Source: Candidatus Endomicrobium labiotermitis
Lineage (GTDB): Bacteria > Elusimicrobiota > Endomicrobiia > Endomicrobiales > Endomicrobiaceae
Direction of reading: 5' to 3'
Length of the DNA stretch: 64,000 nt
Assembly: GCA_009778965.1 (NCBI GenBank)
Contig: WRFE01000003.1
Coordinates: forward strand, 2,585-66,584
In this document: in pieces, positions 50,065 to 60,034 of the stretch
Position numbering within the stretch: position 1 is the first letter of the stretch
Layout of the letters: each line of letters starts with the position of its first letter
The notes under the pieces: model-generated
Databases searched by the model: none
Seen by the model: only the letters and a program-made list of their open reading frames with translations
What the model was told of the DNA's origin: nothing
Translations under genes and position numbers: made by a program

Positions 50065-50427
50065 ATGAAAAAAATAGTAAGTTTTGTCGCGATTCTTTCT
50101 TTTTTGTGTATGATTTCCGCGTGCGCTGCAACGACAAAAAAGGAATCGATGATATGTGAGAAAAAACAATCCGGAATGTCGCGCAGCGGCTGTTCAAAAG
50201 ATTTCGCAGATAAAAAAGAATGTTGTTCCGCAGAAGCTTCTTCTAATAAGAAATGTTGCGATTGTTCTTGCGAAAAATCGGACTGCTGCTGTTCGGAAGA
50301 TTCTGTAAATACAAAAGAATGTTCCGGAATGTCTTCCGCTGATAAAGAATGCTGCGATTGTTCATGCAAGAATAAACAAGCTGAAAAGAAATGTTCTAAT
50401 AAAGTGAAAACCGGATGTAAGAAATAA
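50065..50427 (+). CDS. Cys-rich (20 Cys/120 aa) predicted lipoprotein, metallothionein-like composition
   Basis: Lipobox ISAC; two CCDCSC motifs and a CCC; RBS gagga; fills the iorB-paaK gap. Confidence 0.75.
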   Translation: MKKIVSFVAILSFLCMISACAATTKKESMICEKKQSGMSRSGCSKDFADKKECCSAEASSNKKCCDCSCEKSDCCCSEDSVNTKECSGMSSADKECCDCSCKNKQAEKKCSNKVKTGCKK

Positions 50428-50474
50428 GAAGAGTTTTGATAAGAAATTTCTGAGTTATATAATTAAGAGGCGCT

Positions 50475-51776
50475 ATGATTTTCAATGAAAAGTTTGAGAC
50501 AATGGATTTGCTGGATTTAAAAAATCTGCAGTCGGAGCGTTTGCGTAAGCTTGCCGCGTATGTTTATAAAAATTCGCCTGTATATAAAAAAATGATTGAT
50601 GCAAGCGGTTTTTCGGTTTCCGATATTAAAACCATAGACGATATAACAAAACTTCCTTTTACCACAAAAGACGATATGAGGGACAATTATCCTTTTGGTC
50701 TTTTTTCCATGCCTATTGAGCAAATTGCAGAAGTGCACGTTTCAAGCGGCACTACTGGAAACCCTGTTGTTTCGGGTTATTCCAAAGAAGACATTGATCT
50801 TTGGGGCGAAGCCGTGGCGCGTTCCATTGTGTGCGCCGGAGGAAAGCCCGGAGATGTTATACAAATAGCTTACGGTTACGGTCTTTTTACCGGAGGTCTG
50901 GGGCTTCATTACGGAGCTTTAAAAATGGGCGCCACTATTATGCCTATGTCGTCAGGACAAACGCAAAGACAGATAAAGCTTATGAACGATTTTAAACCTA
51001 AAATTTTGGCTTGTACGCCAAGTTTTGCTTTATATATGGGCGAAGAAGCGCGCAATATGGGATTTAAGCCGGAAGATATTTCGTGGCAGATCGGTATATT
51101 CGGCGCAGAGCCCTGGACAATCGCGCTTCGCGACCAGATAGACAAATCTTTAGGAATGCTTGCTACTGATATTTACGGACTTTCCGAAATTACGGGTCCC
51201 GGAGTAGCGCAGGAATGTCATTTGAGAAACGGTTTGCATATATGGTCGGACGTTTTTTATCCGGAAATAATTGATCCTGTAACCAATAAGCCTGTTAAAG
51301 AGGGCGAAACTGGCGAGCTTGTTATAACCACGCTTACAAGAACAGGAATGCCGCTGCTGAGGTATCGCACAAGAGACTTGGTTTCTATTAACAACGAGCG
51401 CTGCGGCTGCGGGAGAACCATTCCGAGAATATCGAAAATTAAAGGCAGAACCGATGATATGATAATTGTGCGCGGAATAAATATTTTCCCCACGCAAATA
51501 GAATACGCGCTGCTGCAGGTTGAAGAATCTCTGCCGAATTATCAGATTGTTGTTGACAGAGCCGTGAATGGTCTTGATACTATAGAAGTTCAGGTAGAAA
51601 TTGACGAGAAGTTTTTCTCGGACGATATGGACAAGCTTGAAGCTGTCAGAAACAAAATTAAAAAGAGCATAGAAAACACAATTCTTGTCGGCGTAACCGT
51701 GAAACTTGTAGAACCGAAAACTATTACAAGAAGCGAAGGGAAAGCGAAACGAGTTATCGACAACAGAAAAATGTAG
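50475..51776 (+). CDS. paaK: Phenylacetate-CoA ligase family protein
   Basis: SSGTTG, YGLFTGGLG, YGLSEI.GPG, LLRYRTRD, GRTDDM, GKAKRV. Confidence 0.95.
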   Translation: MIFNEKFETMDLLDLKNLQSERLRKLAAYVYKNSPVYKKMIDASGFSVSDIKTIDDITKLPFTTKDDMRDNYPFGLFSMPIEQIAEVHVSSGTTGNPVVSGYSKEDIDLWGEAVARSIVCAGGKPGDVIQIAYGYGLFTGGLGLHYGALKMGATIMPMSSGQTQRQIKLMNDFKPKILACTPSFALYMGEEARNMGFKPEDISWQIGIFGAEPWTIALRDQIDKSLGMLATDIYGLSEITGPGVAQECHLRNGLHIWSDVFYPEIIDPVTNKPVKEGETGELVITTLTRTGMPLLRYRTRDLVSINNERCGCGRTIPRISKIKGRTDDMIIVRGINIFPTQIEYALLQVEESLPNYQIVVDRAVNGLDTIEVQVEIDEKFFSDDMDKLEAVRNKIKKSIENTILVGVTVKLVEPKTITRSEGKAKRVIDNRKM

Positions 51777-51784
51777 CATCTATA

Positions 51785-51897
51785 GCGGCTTGAAATTTTG
51801 GGCTGCGGCTTTGAAAAATGTAAACTCATTTACACGCGCGGCTTTTCGTAAACTTCATTTACATTTTTCTTCGCCTCGCCGCAAACTTTTAAGCCTT
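51785..51897. mobile_element. MITE-like element (inverted copy of 30888-30999)
   Basis: About 90% identity to the reverse complement of 30888-30999; 9 nt after the paaK stop. Confidence 0.75.
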
Positions 51898-51918
51898 TGA
51901 AATTCTGAGGAGGCTGAA

Positions 51919-52104
51919 ATGTCATTACTGGAAAAGATTAAATCGTTGTTTTGTTGTTCGGGAAAATGCTGCGGCAAAAAACAGGAAGATGATTTAAAAG
52001 GCGATGAAACAGTTCAAAAATTTGAAGATGACGGCGCGGAGATTTTAGGCGCTGACGCGGAAGAAAGAGAAGTTACGGAAAGACCGATGAAAGACGGAGA
52101 TTAA
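51919..52104 (+). CDS. Small acidic protein with CCxxxCC, 61 aa
   Basis: Strong RBS gaggagg; in operon context. Confidence 0.6.
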   Translation: MSLLEKIKSLFCCSGKCCGKKQEDDLKGDETVQKFEDDGAEILGADAEEREVTERPMKDGD

Positions 52105-52134
52105 CGGCAATTACGAATGAGATGGGAGAACGAA

Positions 52135-52572
52135 ATGAAAATAACGCAAGTGTCGGTGTTTATAGAGAATACAAAAGGCAGATTGTATAATTTGTGCGAT
52201 TTGCTGGGAAAAAACAAAATAGATATTAAAGCGCTTACCCTTGCCGAAAGTCCGGATTTCGGAATAGCCAGATTTATAGTCGCAAATGCCGATGAAGCTT
52301 TGGATATTGTCAAAAAGAGCGGCTTTACCGCTTCAATAGCTCACATTGTTGCCGTTGAAGTAAGCGATACGCCCGGCGGGCTTGCCGCGATTTTAAAAAT
52401 TCTTTCCGAAAACGACATAGATATAAAATATATGTATGGTTTTGTTGAAAAAGCGTCTGAAAAGGCTTTGATGGTTTTTAAATTTGCAGATATAGACAAA
52501 GCTATAGACGTTTTGCAAAAGAACGCAGTTCCGATAGTTTCAAAAGAAATGATTTTTAAAGGCAATAATTAA
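52135..52572 (+). CDS. Tandem ACT-domain amino acid-binding protein
   Basis: QVSVFIENTKGRL, D.PGGLA; usual paaK neighbour; RBS before 52135. Confidence 0.93.
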   Translation: MKITQVSVFIENTKGRLYNLCDLLGKNKIDIKALTLAESPDFGIARFIVANADEALDIVKKSGFTASIAHIVAVEVSDTPGGLAAILKILSENDIDIKYMYGFVEKASEKALMVFKFADIDKAIDVLQKNAVPIVSKEMIFKGNN

Positions 52573-52619
52573 CAGCAGATAATAGAGAAAAAAGAATAGA
52601 TAACAGACAACAGCCTTTG

Positions 52620-52669
52620 TCGTCATTGCGAGAAGAAAACGAAGTTTTCGACGTGGCAATCCAGGGTTG
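52620..52669. repeat. REP copy (family also found in mnmE)
   Basis: gtcattgcgag...gacgtggcaatccagggtt; reverse complement resembles 33917-33962. Confidence 0.8.
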
Positions 52670-52727
52670 TTTTTAAGAGTAATAATTTTTCAAGTTCCTG
52701 AATTATTAATTTTATCTGGAGTTGAAA

Positions 52728-53096
52728 ATGGATGAAAATAAAAAAATTGCGGTTATAGGCGTTTCCGATAATTGCGAAAAGTTCGGATATAAAATATTTA
52801 CGGATTTGTGCAAAGCGGGATTTGACGTTTGCGCTGTCGGCGTGCGCGGCGGTACGGTTGAAGGCAAGACTGTTTATAAGTGCTTAAAAGATTTGCCGTC
52901 AAAACCTGATTTGATAATTACCGTTGTTCCGCCGGTTGGCACGGACAAATTCGTGGACGAGGCAATAGAGCTTGGAATAAAAGAAGTCTGGATGCAGCCG
53001 GGATCTAAGTCCGCGGAAGCGGTGGAAAAAGCGAAAAACGCGGGGATGAAAGTTACTGAGCACGGATGTTTTATGGTCGCACATGGTATTTGGTAA
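52728..53096 (+). CDS. CoA-binding protein (YccU-like)
   Basis: IAVIGVS....KFG, VWMQPG, GCFMV. Confidence 0.88.
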   Translation: MDENKKIAVIGVSDNCEKFGYKIFTDLCKAGFDVCAVGVRGGTVEGKTVYKCLKDLPSKPDLIITVVPPVGTDKFVDEAIELGIKEVWMQPGSKSAEAVEKAKNAGMKVTEHGCFMVAHGIW

Positions 53097-53232
53097 ATTA
53101 TAACGGTTTAAAATCCCAGACTGCAATTTTTAATAAGGATAGTTTGCTCAAATCACATCATGCGCTATCGCGCATACGTGCCCGTCGCGTTGCGACTCAC
53201 AAGCATTTAAGCCTTTTGACGACAAAATAAAA

Positions 53233-54960
53233 ATGATTGAAAAATTAATAACTTTTTACAGAAAGAATGATTATATTATTCTTGCGGTTTTGCTGGGACT
53301 TATTATTTTTACGATATTTTGTCCGGTTGTTAAACATGACTTTATAAATTTTGATGACAATCTTCTTGTTTACGAAAATGATGATATAAAGCGTCTGGAT
53401 ATCTACAGTATAAAACAATTTTTTTCTAAATCTTACCACAATCTGTATCATCCCCTTGTTTACGTTTCTTTCGCGTTGGATTATAAAATTGCCGGTTTTA
53501 TGGATCCTAGCGTTTTTCATACGACAAATTTATTACTGCATATATTCAATTCTTTTCTGATCATGTTTTTAGTTTATCTGATATCAAAAAATATAACGCT
53601 ATCTTTTTTTGCCGCGGTTTTTTTTGCCGCACATCCCATGCATGTGGAACCGGTCGCATGGGTATCCGGAAGAAAAGAACTGCTCTTTGCGTTTTTTTAC
53701 TTGTTGTCATTAATGTTTTACATACTTTTTAAAACAAAAGATAAAAGAAAAACCTTATTTTATATTTTTTCAATTTTGATGTTTTTATGCTCACTGTTTT
53801 CCAAAGTGATGGCGGTTACTCTTCCGGCTGTTCTGGTTCTTTACGATTATATTTTTGCAGATAATTCTTTCGGCAAGAATTTAAAAGATAAACTTTTCGG
53901 GGTTTCGGTTAAAGATAAAACCCCTTTTTTTGTTTTATCGGCAGTTTTTGTTGTTATAGGGATATTGTCTGTCGCATCATCCTTTGACGGAAATATTTTT
54001 ACAGATTTTTTTAGAAACGCATACAGGGCGGCTTTTCAATATACTTTTTATATCATGAAGTTTTTTATTCCGCTAAATCTTTCGATAGTTTATCCTCCGG
54101 AAATGGAAAATAATACGATTTATAAAATTTTCATTCCCATATTTATGCTGTTTTGGGCGTATATAAACATTTGGGCGCTTAAACATTCAAAAAAAATATT
54201 TTTCGGTTTAATGTTCTACTCTATAACCATATTGCCTGTTTTAAATATGGTTCCGTTCGGCTTGAGCATTCCGGCAGACAGATTTACGTATATTCCTTAT
54301 TTCGGGCTGGCTTATTCTTTAATAGTTGCTGTTTATTTGATAAACTCTGGAACAAAGAAAAAAATTGCGCTTGTTTTTCTTTGCTTGTTTATAGCGCTTT
54401 TATTCTTTTTATCGCGAGATAGAGTAGGAGAATGGCAGAATAATATAGTATTGTTTACAAAAGCGATTGAAAGGCATCCTACGTATATTGCTTACACAAA
54501 TCGGGGTGCGGCGTATCTTGATATAAAAGAGTACGATCTTGCTCTTTCTGATGCAAAGATGGCATTAGAAACAGATTATCATTATAAAGCAATCGCGCAT
54601 ATTGTTCTTGCTTCTATATATAAAGAAACCGGCGATTATGGTAAGGCTTTGGAAGAAATAAATATTGCCTTGGAAAGCATTTCTTATGATGACGCAAAAG
54701 ATGCATACTTTATAAGAGCCGATATATACAGTCTGATGAAGCAGCCGGATAAAGCAATAGAAGATTTAAGATATTTGTATGATAATTATGAAAACATTAA
54801 TTATATTTTTTGGGCGGCTTCATCCGTATATGAAAAGGAAAGCAAGTATTCTTTGGCTGCTTATGAAATGGATAAGCTGTTAGCCATTGAGCCACATAAT
54901 AAACCTGCGGAAGAACACAGAAAAAAATTGCTTATAAAGCTCTTGGGAAATGAAAAATAA
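53233..54960 (+). CDS. TMTC-like membrane glycosyltransferase (GT-C) with C-terminal TPRs, 575 aa
   Basis: FINFDD, YHPL, HP.HVEPVAWVSGRKE, SKVMAV.LP and ADRFTY motifs, then TPR-like repeats. Confidence 0.85.
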   Translation: MIEKLITFYRKNDYIILAVLLGLIIFTIFCPVVKHDFINFDDNLLVYENDDIKRLDIYSIKQFFSKSYHNLYHPLVYVSFALDYKIAGFMDPSVFHTTNLLLHIFNSFLIMFLVYLISKNITLSFFAAVFFAAHPMHVEPVAWVSGRKELLFAFFYLLSLMFYILFKTKDKRKTLFYIFSILMFLCSLFSKVMAVTLPAVLVLYDYIFADNSFGKNLKDKLFGVSVKDKTPFFVLSAVFVVIGILSVASSFDGNIFTDFFRNAYRAAFQYTFYIMKFFIPLNLSIVYPPEMENNTIYKIFIPIFMLFWAYINIWALKHSKKIFFGLMFYSITILPVLNMVPFGLSIPADRFTYIPYFGLAYSLIVAVYLINSGTKKKIALVFLCLFIALLFFLSRDRVGEWQNNIVLFTKAIERHPTYIAYTNRGAAYLDIKEYDLALSDAKMALETDYHYKAIAHIVLASIYKETGDYGKALEEINIALESISYDDAKDAYFIRADIYSLMKQPDKAIEDLRYLYDNYENINYIFWAASSVYEKESKYSLAAYEMDKLLAIEPHNKPAEEHRKKLLIKLLGNEK

Positions 54961-54983
54961 TTAATTTATAATAAGGGAATTAA

Positions 54984-55640
54984 ATGAAAGTTAAAAAATT
55001 TAAAACAGTATTGTTTGACATGGATGGTGTGGTTGTAGATACAATGCCATATCATTTTATTTCGTGGTTTGAAGTGTTAAAGCGTTACGGCGTGAGAATT
55101 TCCCCTATGACTATTTTTGAAATGGAAGGCGCAAAATGGGACGCGGTTATAAAACTTGCTTATGAGCAATCCGGCAAAAAATTAGCTGCCGGGCTTGCCG
55201 ATAAAATCCGTTTTGAAAGAGAGAAGATTTTTAAAAAGTATTTTAACAGATATATTTTTGACGGAATTTCTGAATTCATAAAATCATTGAAAAAACAAGG
55301 AGTTTTAGTTGGTCTTGTTACCGGTTCTTCGTTAAAAGAGGCGAAAAGATTTTTGCCTAAAGAATTGTATAGTATGTTTAATGTTGTTGTGGCTGGTGAT
55401 ATGATAAAACGTTCAAAGCCTTATCCGGATCCATATCTTACTGCCGCAAAACAACTTGACGTTTTGTCTAAAGAATGTGTGGTTATAGAAAATGCCCCTT
55501 ATGGCATAAAGTCAGCTAAAGCTGCAAAAATGTATTGTATAGCGCTGGCAACAAGTCTTCCGAAAGATAAATTGTTAGAGGCCGACCGGGTTTTTAATAC
55601 GCATAAAGAACTGTATAAGTATTTTGATAAAAATAGTTGA
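54984..55640 (+). CDS. HAD-superfamily phosphatase (beta-PGM/CbbY-like)
   Basis: FDMDGVVVDT, VTGS, KPYPDPY, VIENAPYG. Confidence 0.93.
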   Translation: MKVKKFKTVLFDMDGVVVDTMPYHFISWFEVLKRYGVRISPMTIFEMEGAKWDAVIKLAYEQSGKKLAAGLADKIRFEREKIFKKYFNRYIFDGISEFIKSLKKQGVLVGLVTGSSLKEAKRFLPKELYSMFNVVVAGDMIKRSKPYPDPYLTAAKQLDVLSKECVVIENAPYGIKSAKAAKMYCIALATSLPKDKLLEADRVFNTHKELYKYFDKNS

Positions 55641-55933
55641 GAAATCAGTGTGTTTTTATTTTGGAATTTTAATGAATGCAGTCTGGAATCAAACGACATA
55701 AGTTTGTCGTTGTGCCGCATTAGCGCAGCAACTATAATAGTTTTGTTGTTAATCCCCGGTTTTGTTTATTTCAAAGTGCATTAGCGCAGTCTATGAATTA
55801 GACATTTTAAAATTACAATTGAGGACTGTCCGAAGCGGCAACCTTGAAAGATGTTATTTGCCGCAAGTTTCACAAATTGTTTTAAAAATTTCTAATGAAT
55901 GTGCTCGGCGCTTGAATAAACAAAACAAAAAAC

Positions 55934-55949
55934 TGTTTCACGTGAAACA
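55934..55949. promoter_or_regulatory. parS site 1
   Basis: Perfect TGTTTCACGTGAAACA. Confidence 0.97.
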
Positions 55950-55954
55950 ATCGT

Positions 55955-57361
55955 ATGAAAATTTTACTAATAAATCCCCCCATTTATGATTTTGCCGCTT
56001 TTGACCTTTGGGTTAAGCCTTTAGGTCTTCTTTATCTAGTCTCGATACTGAAACAGCAGGGCGTTGAAGTAGAAATGTTGGACTATATGGATAGACATTT
56101 CGCAGAGTCAGTCATTTCGAGACACGAAGCTATAAAAAATCCAAAAAAATCAGATGCTGTTGGGGTAATATCTTCTGCGTATAACAAGCAAGAGTATGGT
56201 TGCGGTCATTATATAAAGCAGGAAATAGAAAAACCTGCGGCTTTAAAACATATTCCCCGCCATTTTTTTCGCTACGGATTGCCAAAAGAAAATGCTGTTA
56301 ATTATTTAAAGAAGCAATATTCCTCTCCTCCGGATTTAATAATTGTTACTTCGGTAATGACATATTGGTATCCCGGGGTTTTTGAAGCGATAAAAACTGT
56401 TAAAGAAATTTTTCCTAAAACGTCTGTTGTTTTGGGCGGGGTATATGCAACACTTTGTTATGAGCATGCGCAAAAAAGCGGCGCGGATTACGTTTTAAAA
56501 GGCGGAATCGAAAATTTAAACAGTCTTTTTAAGGCGAAAACTGCGAGAATTGCGATTCCTTGCAGTTTTTCTGGCTTTCCTATACCATACCATCCTCCAA
56601 ATCAAAATAGGGGGTATGCGGTTTTGCGAATTTCTGCAGGTTGTCCGTTCAGGTGTAGTTATTGCGCACAAGATATTTTGTCAGGCGGTAACTTCGTTTC
56701 AAAACCATGGGAAAAAGTTTTTAAAGAAATCAAAGAGTTTGCTGACAGGGGAATAAACAATATAGTTTTTTATGATGACGCCCTTTTATATAACAGTGAA
56801 GCGGTTATAAAACCATTGTTAAAAAAAATAATAGAAAGCAATTTAAAAATAAATATACACACGCCAAACGGGTTGCATTTAAGGTATATGGATTTAGAGC
56901 TTGCCTGTTTAATGAAGAAAGCAAACTTTGTTATGCCAAGATTTAGTCTTGAAAGCGCAGATGCGCATATACAAAAAGAAACAGGAGCTAAGATTACAAA
57001 CGAAGGCTTTGAGAAAGCTGCAGCAGTGCTTCAAGAAGCAGGATATAAAAAAGGCGAATATTTGATATATCTATTAATGGGCATGCCGGGGCAGCCTTTG
57101 GCGGATGTAGAAGAATCTATGAGATATGTTCATAAGTTCGGTGCAAAAATCTCTTTATCGGAGTACTCGGTTGTTTCTGGGACTAAAGACTTTGAAAGGC
57201 AATTACAAATGACTAATGACGAATTGCGAATAAACGGTAAAGACTTTGCAAAAGAACCTCTGCTTCATAACAAATCTGTTTATCCCCTTTTTGATGTTAA
57301 AGGCTGGAGCGAGATTTACCGAATAAAAAATCTTGCAAAAGAGCTAAATAGTTTGTTATAA
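55955..57361 (+). CDS. B12-binding radical SAM protein, 468 aa
   Basis: N-terminal LLINPP..PLGLLYL; CPFRCSYC (CxxxCxxC). Confidence 0.92.
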   Translation: MKILLINPPIYDFAAFDLWVKPLGLLYLVSILKQQGVEVEMLDYMDRHFAESVISRHEAIKNPKKSDAVGVISSAYNKQEYGCGHYIKQEIEKPAALKHIPRHFFRYGLPKENAVNYLKKQYSSPPDLIIVTSVMTYWYPGVFEAIKTVKEIFPKTSVVLGGVYATLCYEHAQKSGADYVLKGGIENLNSLFKAKTARIAIPCSFSGFPIPYHPPNQNRGYAVLRISAGCPFRCSYCAQDILSGGNFVSKPWEKVFKEIKEFADRGINNIVFYDDALLYNSEAVIKPLLKKIIESNLKINIHTPNGLHLRYMDLELACLMKKANFVMPRFSLESADAHIQKETGAKITNEGFEKAAAVLQEAGYKKGEYLIYLLMGMPGQPLADVEESMRYVHKFGAKISLSEYSVVSGTKDFERQLQMTNDELRINGKDFAKEPLLHNKSVYPLFDVKGWSEIYRIKNLAKELNSLL

Positions 57362-57377
57362 TGTTTCACGTGAAACA
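57362..57377. promoter_or_regulatory. parS site 2
   Basis: Perfect TGTTTCACGTGAAACA. Confidence 0.97.
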
Positions 57378-57493
57378 AAGCAGCAATTGTCAAATTACAA
57401 AGTACAATTAACAAAAATAGCAAGAGGTTTTAAATTTGTTATTTGTAAATTGTTCATTGTTAATTATTAATTGAAGTCCGGAGTTTTTTGTTT

Positions 57494-58084
57494 ATGATGA
57501 TGAACATGTCGGTTTTAGTATCAGTTGTGTTTTTTCTTTTGTTGTTTGCCGGAAGAACTTTAATGCTTATGCGAAATGGCGTTAAAGTTTTTGTTTTTGA
57601 CAAAGGCGAGAACAAAACTTTTGCAGAAAAATATCTTGTGATATTCGCAATACCCATGATTGCCCTTTTTGTATTAAAGGTCGTTTTTAGCAGTTTGAAT
57701 ATTAAGCTTTTTTTGGTATCTCCGTTTTTCAATAACAAATATATTGCTTTATTTGGCATAATTCTTTGTTTTGTAAGTATTATTATTTTTCTTTTTGCCT
57801 TAATAGATTTTGGCAGTGCGTGGCGGATAGGTGTAGATAAACAAAACAGCCACAGGCTTGTAACGCGCGGCATATTTTCATGCTCAAGAAATCCTGTTTT
57901 TGTTTCAATGGGTGCATATGTAACCGGTATTTTTTTAATATTTCCGAATTGGATTTTTCTTGCGTTTCTTATACTGGCGTATATCGGACTGCATTTGCAG
58001 GTGTTAAATGAAGAAAAGTTTCTTAAAGAAAAGTTTGGCAGTGAATATAAAAATTACTGCTTGGCAGTAAGAAGATATTTTTAG
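57494..58084 (+). CDS. ICMT/PEMT-family membrane methyltransferase
   Basis: WRIGVD, LVTRGIF..SRNP.F, EEKFL..KFG.EY..YC..VRRY. Confidence 0.9.
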   Translation: MMMNMSVLVSVVFFLLLFAGRTLMLMRNGVKVFVFDKGENKTFAEKYLVIFAIPMIALFVLKVVFSSLNIKLFLVSPFFNNKYIALFGIILCFVSIIIFLFALIDFGSAWRIGVDKQNSHRLVTRGIFSCSRNPVFVSMGAYVTGIFLIFPNWIFLAFLILAYIGLHLQVLNEEKFLKEKFGSEYKNYCLAVRRYF

Positions 58085-58092
58085 CAGAGTAT

Positions 58093-58108
58093 TGTTTCAC
58101 GTGAAACG
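58093..58108. promoter_or_regulatory. parS site 3 (one mismatch)
   Basis: TGTTTCACGTGAAACG. Confidence 0.9.
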
Positions 58109-58216
58109 TTTTAGATGCTGAGAGGGTGAGAAGTTGAGAGGATGGGCAAGGACGTTAGCCTGTATTTTCTCAACACTCAACATCCCATCATCTCATCTTC
58201 CATAAATGGAGTTTTT

Positions 58217-58984
58217 ATGAGCAAAGTCATTGCAATAGCAAATCAAAAAGGCGGGGTCGGCAAAACTACTACCGCTATTAACTTGGCGGCAAGTTTGGCG
58301 CATTTGGGTCAGGAGTGTTTGCTTATAGATATGGATCCGCAAAGCAATACTACAAGCGGTCTGGGGATTGACCAGTGTAATGTAGAAAAAAACATATACA
58401 ATGTTTTGATAGATGAAGTTGCGTTAGAAGACATTCTTCACAGTACCGAAATGGACTGGCTGGATATTGCCCCTGCAACTACCGATTTAAGCGGCGCGGA
58501 AGTAGATTTAGTAAATATGGCAAATAGGGAACAAAAGCTAAAATCTGCTTTGGAGAAATTCCAGAAAGTTTACAAATACATTATAATTGATTGTCCCCCT
58601 TCCTTAGGGCTGCTCACTATAAATGCTTTAGTTGCTGCGGATACGGTAATAATCCCCATGCAGTGCGAATTTTTTGCTTTGCAGGGTTTGGGGCAGCTTT
58701 CAAAAACGATTTTTGCGCTTATGGAAAATTATAACTTAAATCTAGAAGGTGTACTGTTTACAATGTTTAATTCGCAGACAAACCTTTCGCATCAGGTAGT
58801 AGAAGAAGTCAAAAAGTTTTTTGGCGATAAAGTGTATGATACAAAAATACCAAGAACAATAAAGCTTGCCGAAGCGCCCAGTTTTGGAAAACCGGTATTA
58901 TTATATGATCCGCGCGGTAAAGGCACAGAGGCGTATATGGAGTTTGCGAAAGAATTTTTAGAAAGGCAGAGCAGCGGCAATTAA
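58217..58984 (+). CDS. parA: Chromosome partitioning ATPase ParA/Soj
   Basis: NQKGGVGKTTT, IDCPPSLG, LAEAPSFG; real start at ATG 58217. Confidence 0.98.
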   Translation: MSKVIAIANQKGGVGKTTTAINLAASLAHLGQECLLIDMDPQSNTTSGLGIDQCNVEKNIYNVLIDEVALEDILHSTEMDWLDIAPATTDLSGAEVDLVNMANREQKLKSALEKFQKVYKYIIIDCPPSLGLLTINALVAADTVIIPMQCEFFALQGLGQLSKTIFALMENYNLNLEGVLFTMFNSQTNLSHQVVEEVKKFFGDKVYDTKIPRTIKLAEAPSFGKPVLLYDPRGKGTEAYMEFAKEFLERQSSGN

Positions 58985-59004
58985 TACAAAAAAGAGGAAA
59001 GAAT

Positions 59005-59865
59005 ATGCAAAAGAAAGCACTAGGAAGAGGACTTGAATCACTAATACCATCGCTTGCGGCAAACAAGGCGCCGGCAGGGGAAGCGGTCATAACCATAGCT
59101 TTAAATAAAATAAAGCCTAATAGATTTCAGCCAAGACAAAATTTTGATAAATCAAAACTTCAGGAACTTGCGGACTCTATAAATAAGCATGGCCTTGCCC
59201 AGCCTATTTTGGTCGCGCCTTCAATATCTCCCGGAGAATATGAAATTATAGCCGGCGAACGCAGATTCCGCGCTTCAAAAATGGCAGGTAAAAAAGATAT
59301 AAGAGCTATAGTTCAAAAATCGGCTGATGATAAAAAGCGTTTTGATATAGCTTTAATAGAAAACTTGCAAAGGCAGGATTTGGATGCAATTGAAGAAGCT
59401 AAAGCGTACAAAAGACTTATTGAAGAATTCAACCATACTCATGATGATATAGCGGAAATAGTAGGCAAAGACAGATCCGTTATAACAAATACTTTAAGAC
59501 TTTTGGTTTTGCCCGAAGATATCCAGATCTTAATAACGGAAGGGAAGATTTCGGCAGGTCATGGCAGGATGCTTGCCGGCATTGAAGAAGAAGCTGAGCT
59601 TCGTGCGCTTGTAGAACAAATTGTTGAAGAAAAGCTTTCTGTCCGCGCTACGGAAAAAATTGTTTCTAAGAGCAAACTGGAAAAAGGGACGAAGTCCCAC
59701 AAAAAGCAGGAGATTGAGATTGTCCATTTGCAGGAAGAAATTCAAAGAAAACTGGGAACAAAGGTAAATATTTCCGGCAGCAGTAAAAAAGGCAAAATAG
59801 AAATTTATTATTATTCTTTGGAAGAATTGGAGCGTATCGCAAAAGAATTGAATTGTAATATATAA
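59005..59865 (+). CDS. parB: ParB/Spo0J
   Basis: ALGRGL, QPR, IAGERRFRA, ENLQR.DL, GHGR.L. Confidence 0.98.
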   Translation: MQKKALGRGLESLIPSLAANKAPAGEAVITIALNKIKPNRFQPRQNFDKSKLQELADSINKHGLAQPILVAPSISPGEYEIIAGERRFRASKMAGKKDIRAIVQKSADDKKRFDIALIENLQRQDLDAIEEAKAYKRLIEEFNHTHDDIAEIVGKDRSVITNTLRLLVLPEDIQILITEGKISAGHGRMLAGIEEEAELRALVEQIVEEKLSVRATEKIVSKSKLEKGTKSHKKQEIEIVHLQEEIQRKLGTKVNISGSSKKGKIEIYYYSLEELERIAKELNCNI

Positions 59866-60014
59866 AATATTTGTTGATAAATTAAAAATAATTTTTTATA
59901 AAAAATCAGTTTTTGATAAAATAATAAAAATACTTTCAAAAAATTAATTGAAAAATCAATTGATAATGCAAAATGTTAGGATTATGTTAAGTAGAAAGTC
60001 ATAAAAATTGTGGT

Positions 60015-60034
60015 TGTGAATAACTTGTTGATAA
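60015..60034 (-). promoter_or_regulatory. Tandem DnaA-box-like pair in the AT-rich gap after parB
   Basis: TGTGAATAA 60015-60023 and TGTTGATAA 60026-60034, each one mismatch from TGTGGATAA. Confidence 0.6.

Noticed and set aside
58142-58216. N-terminal extension of ParA given by the ORF track
   Set aside because: It is read from a heptamer hairpin element; the canonical MSKVIAIANQKGG starts at 58217 after a ggag RBS
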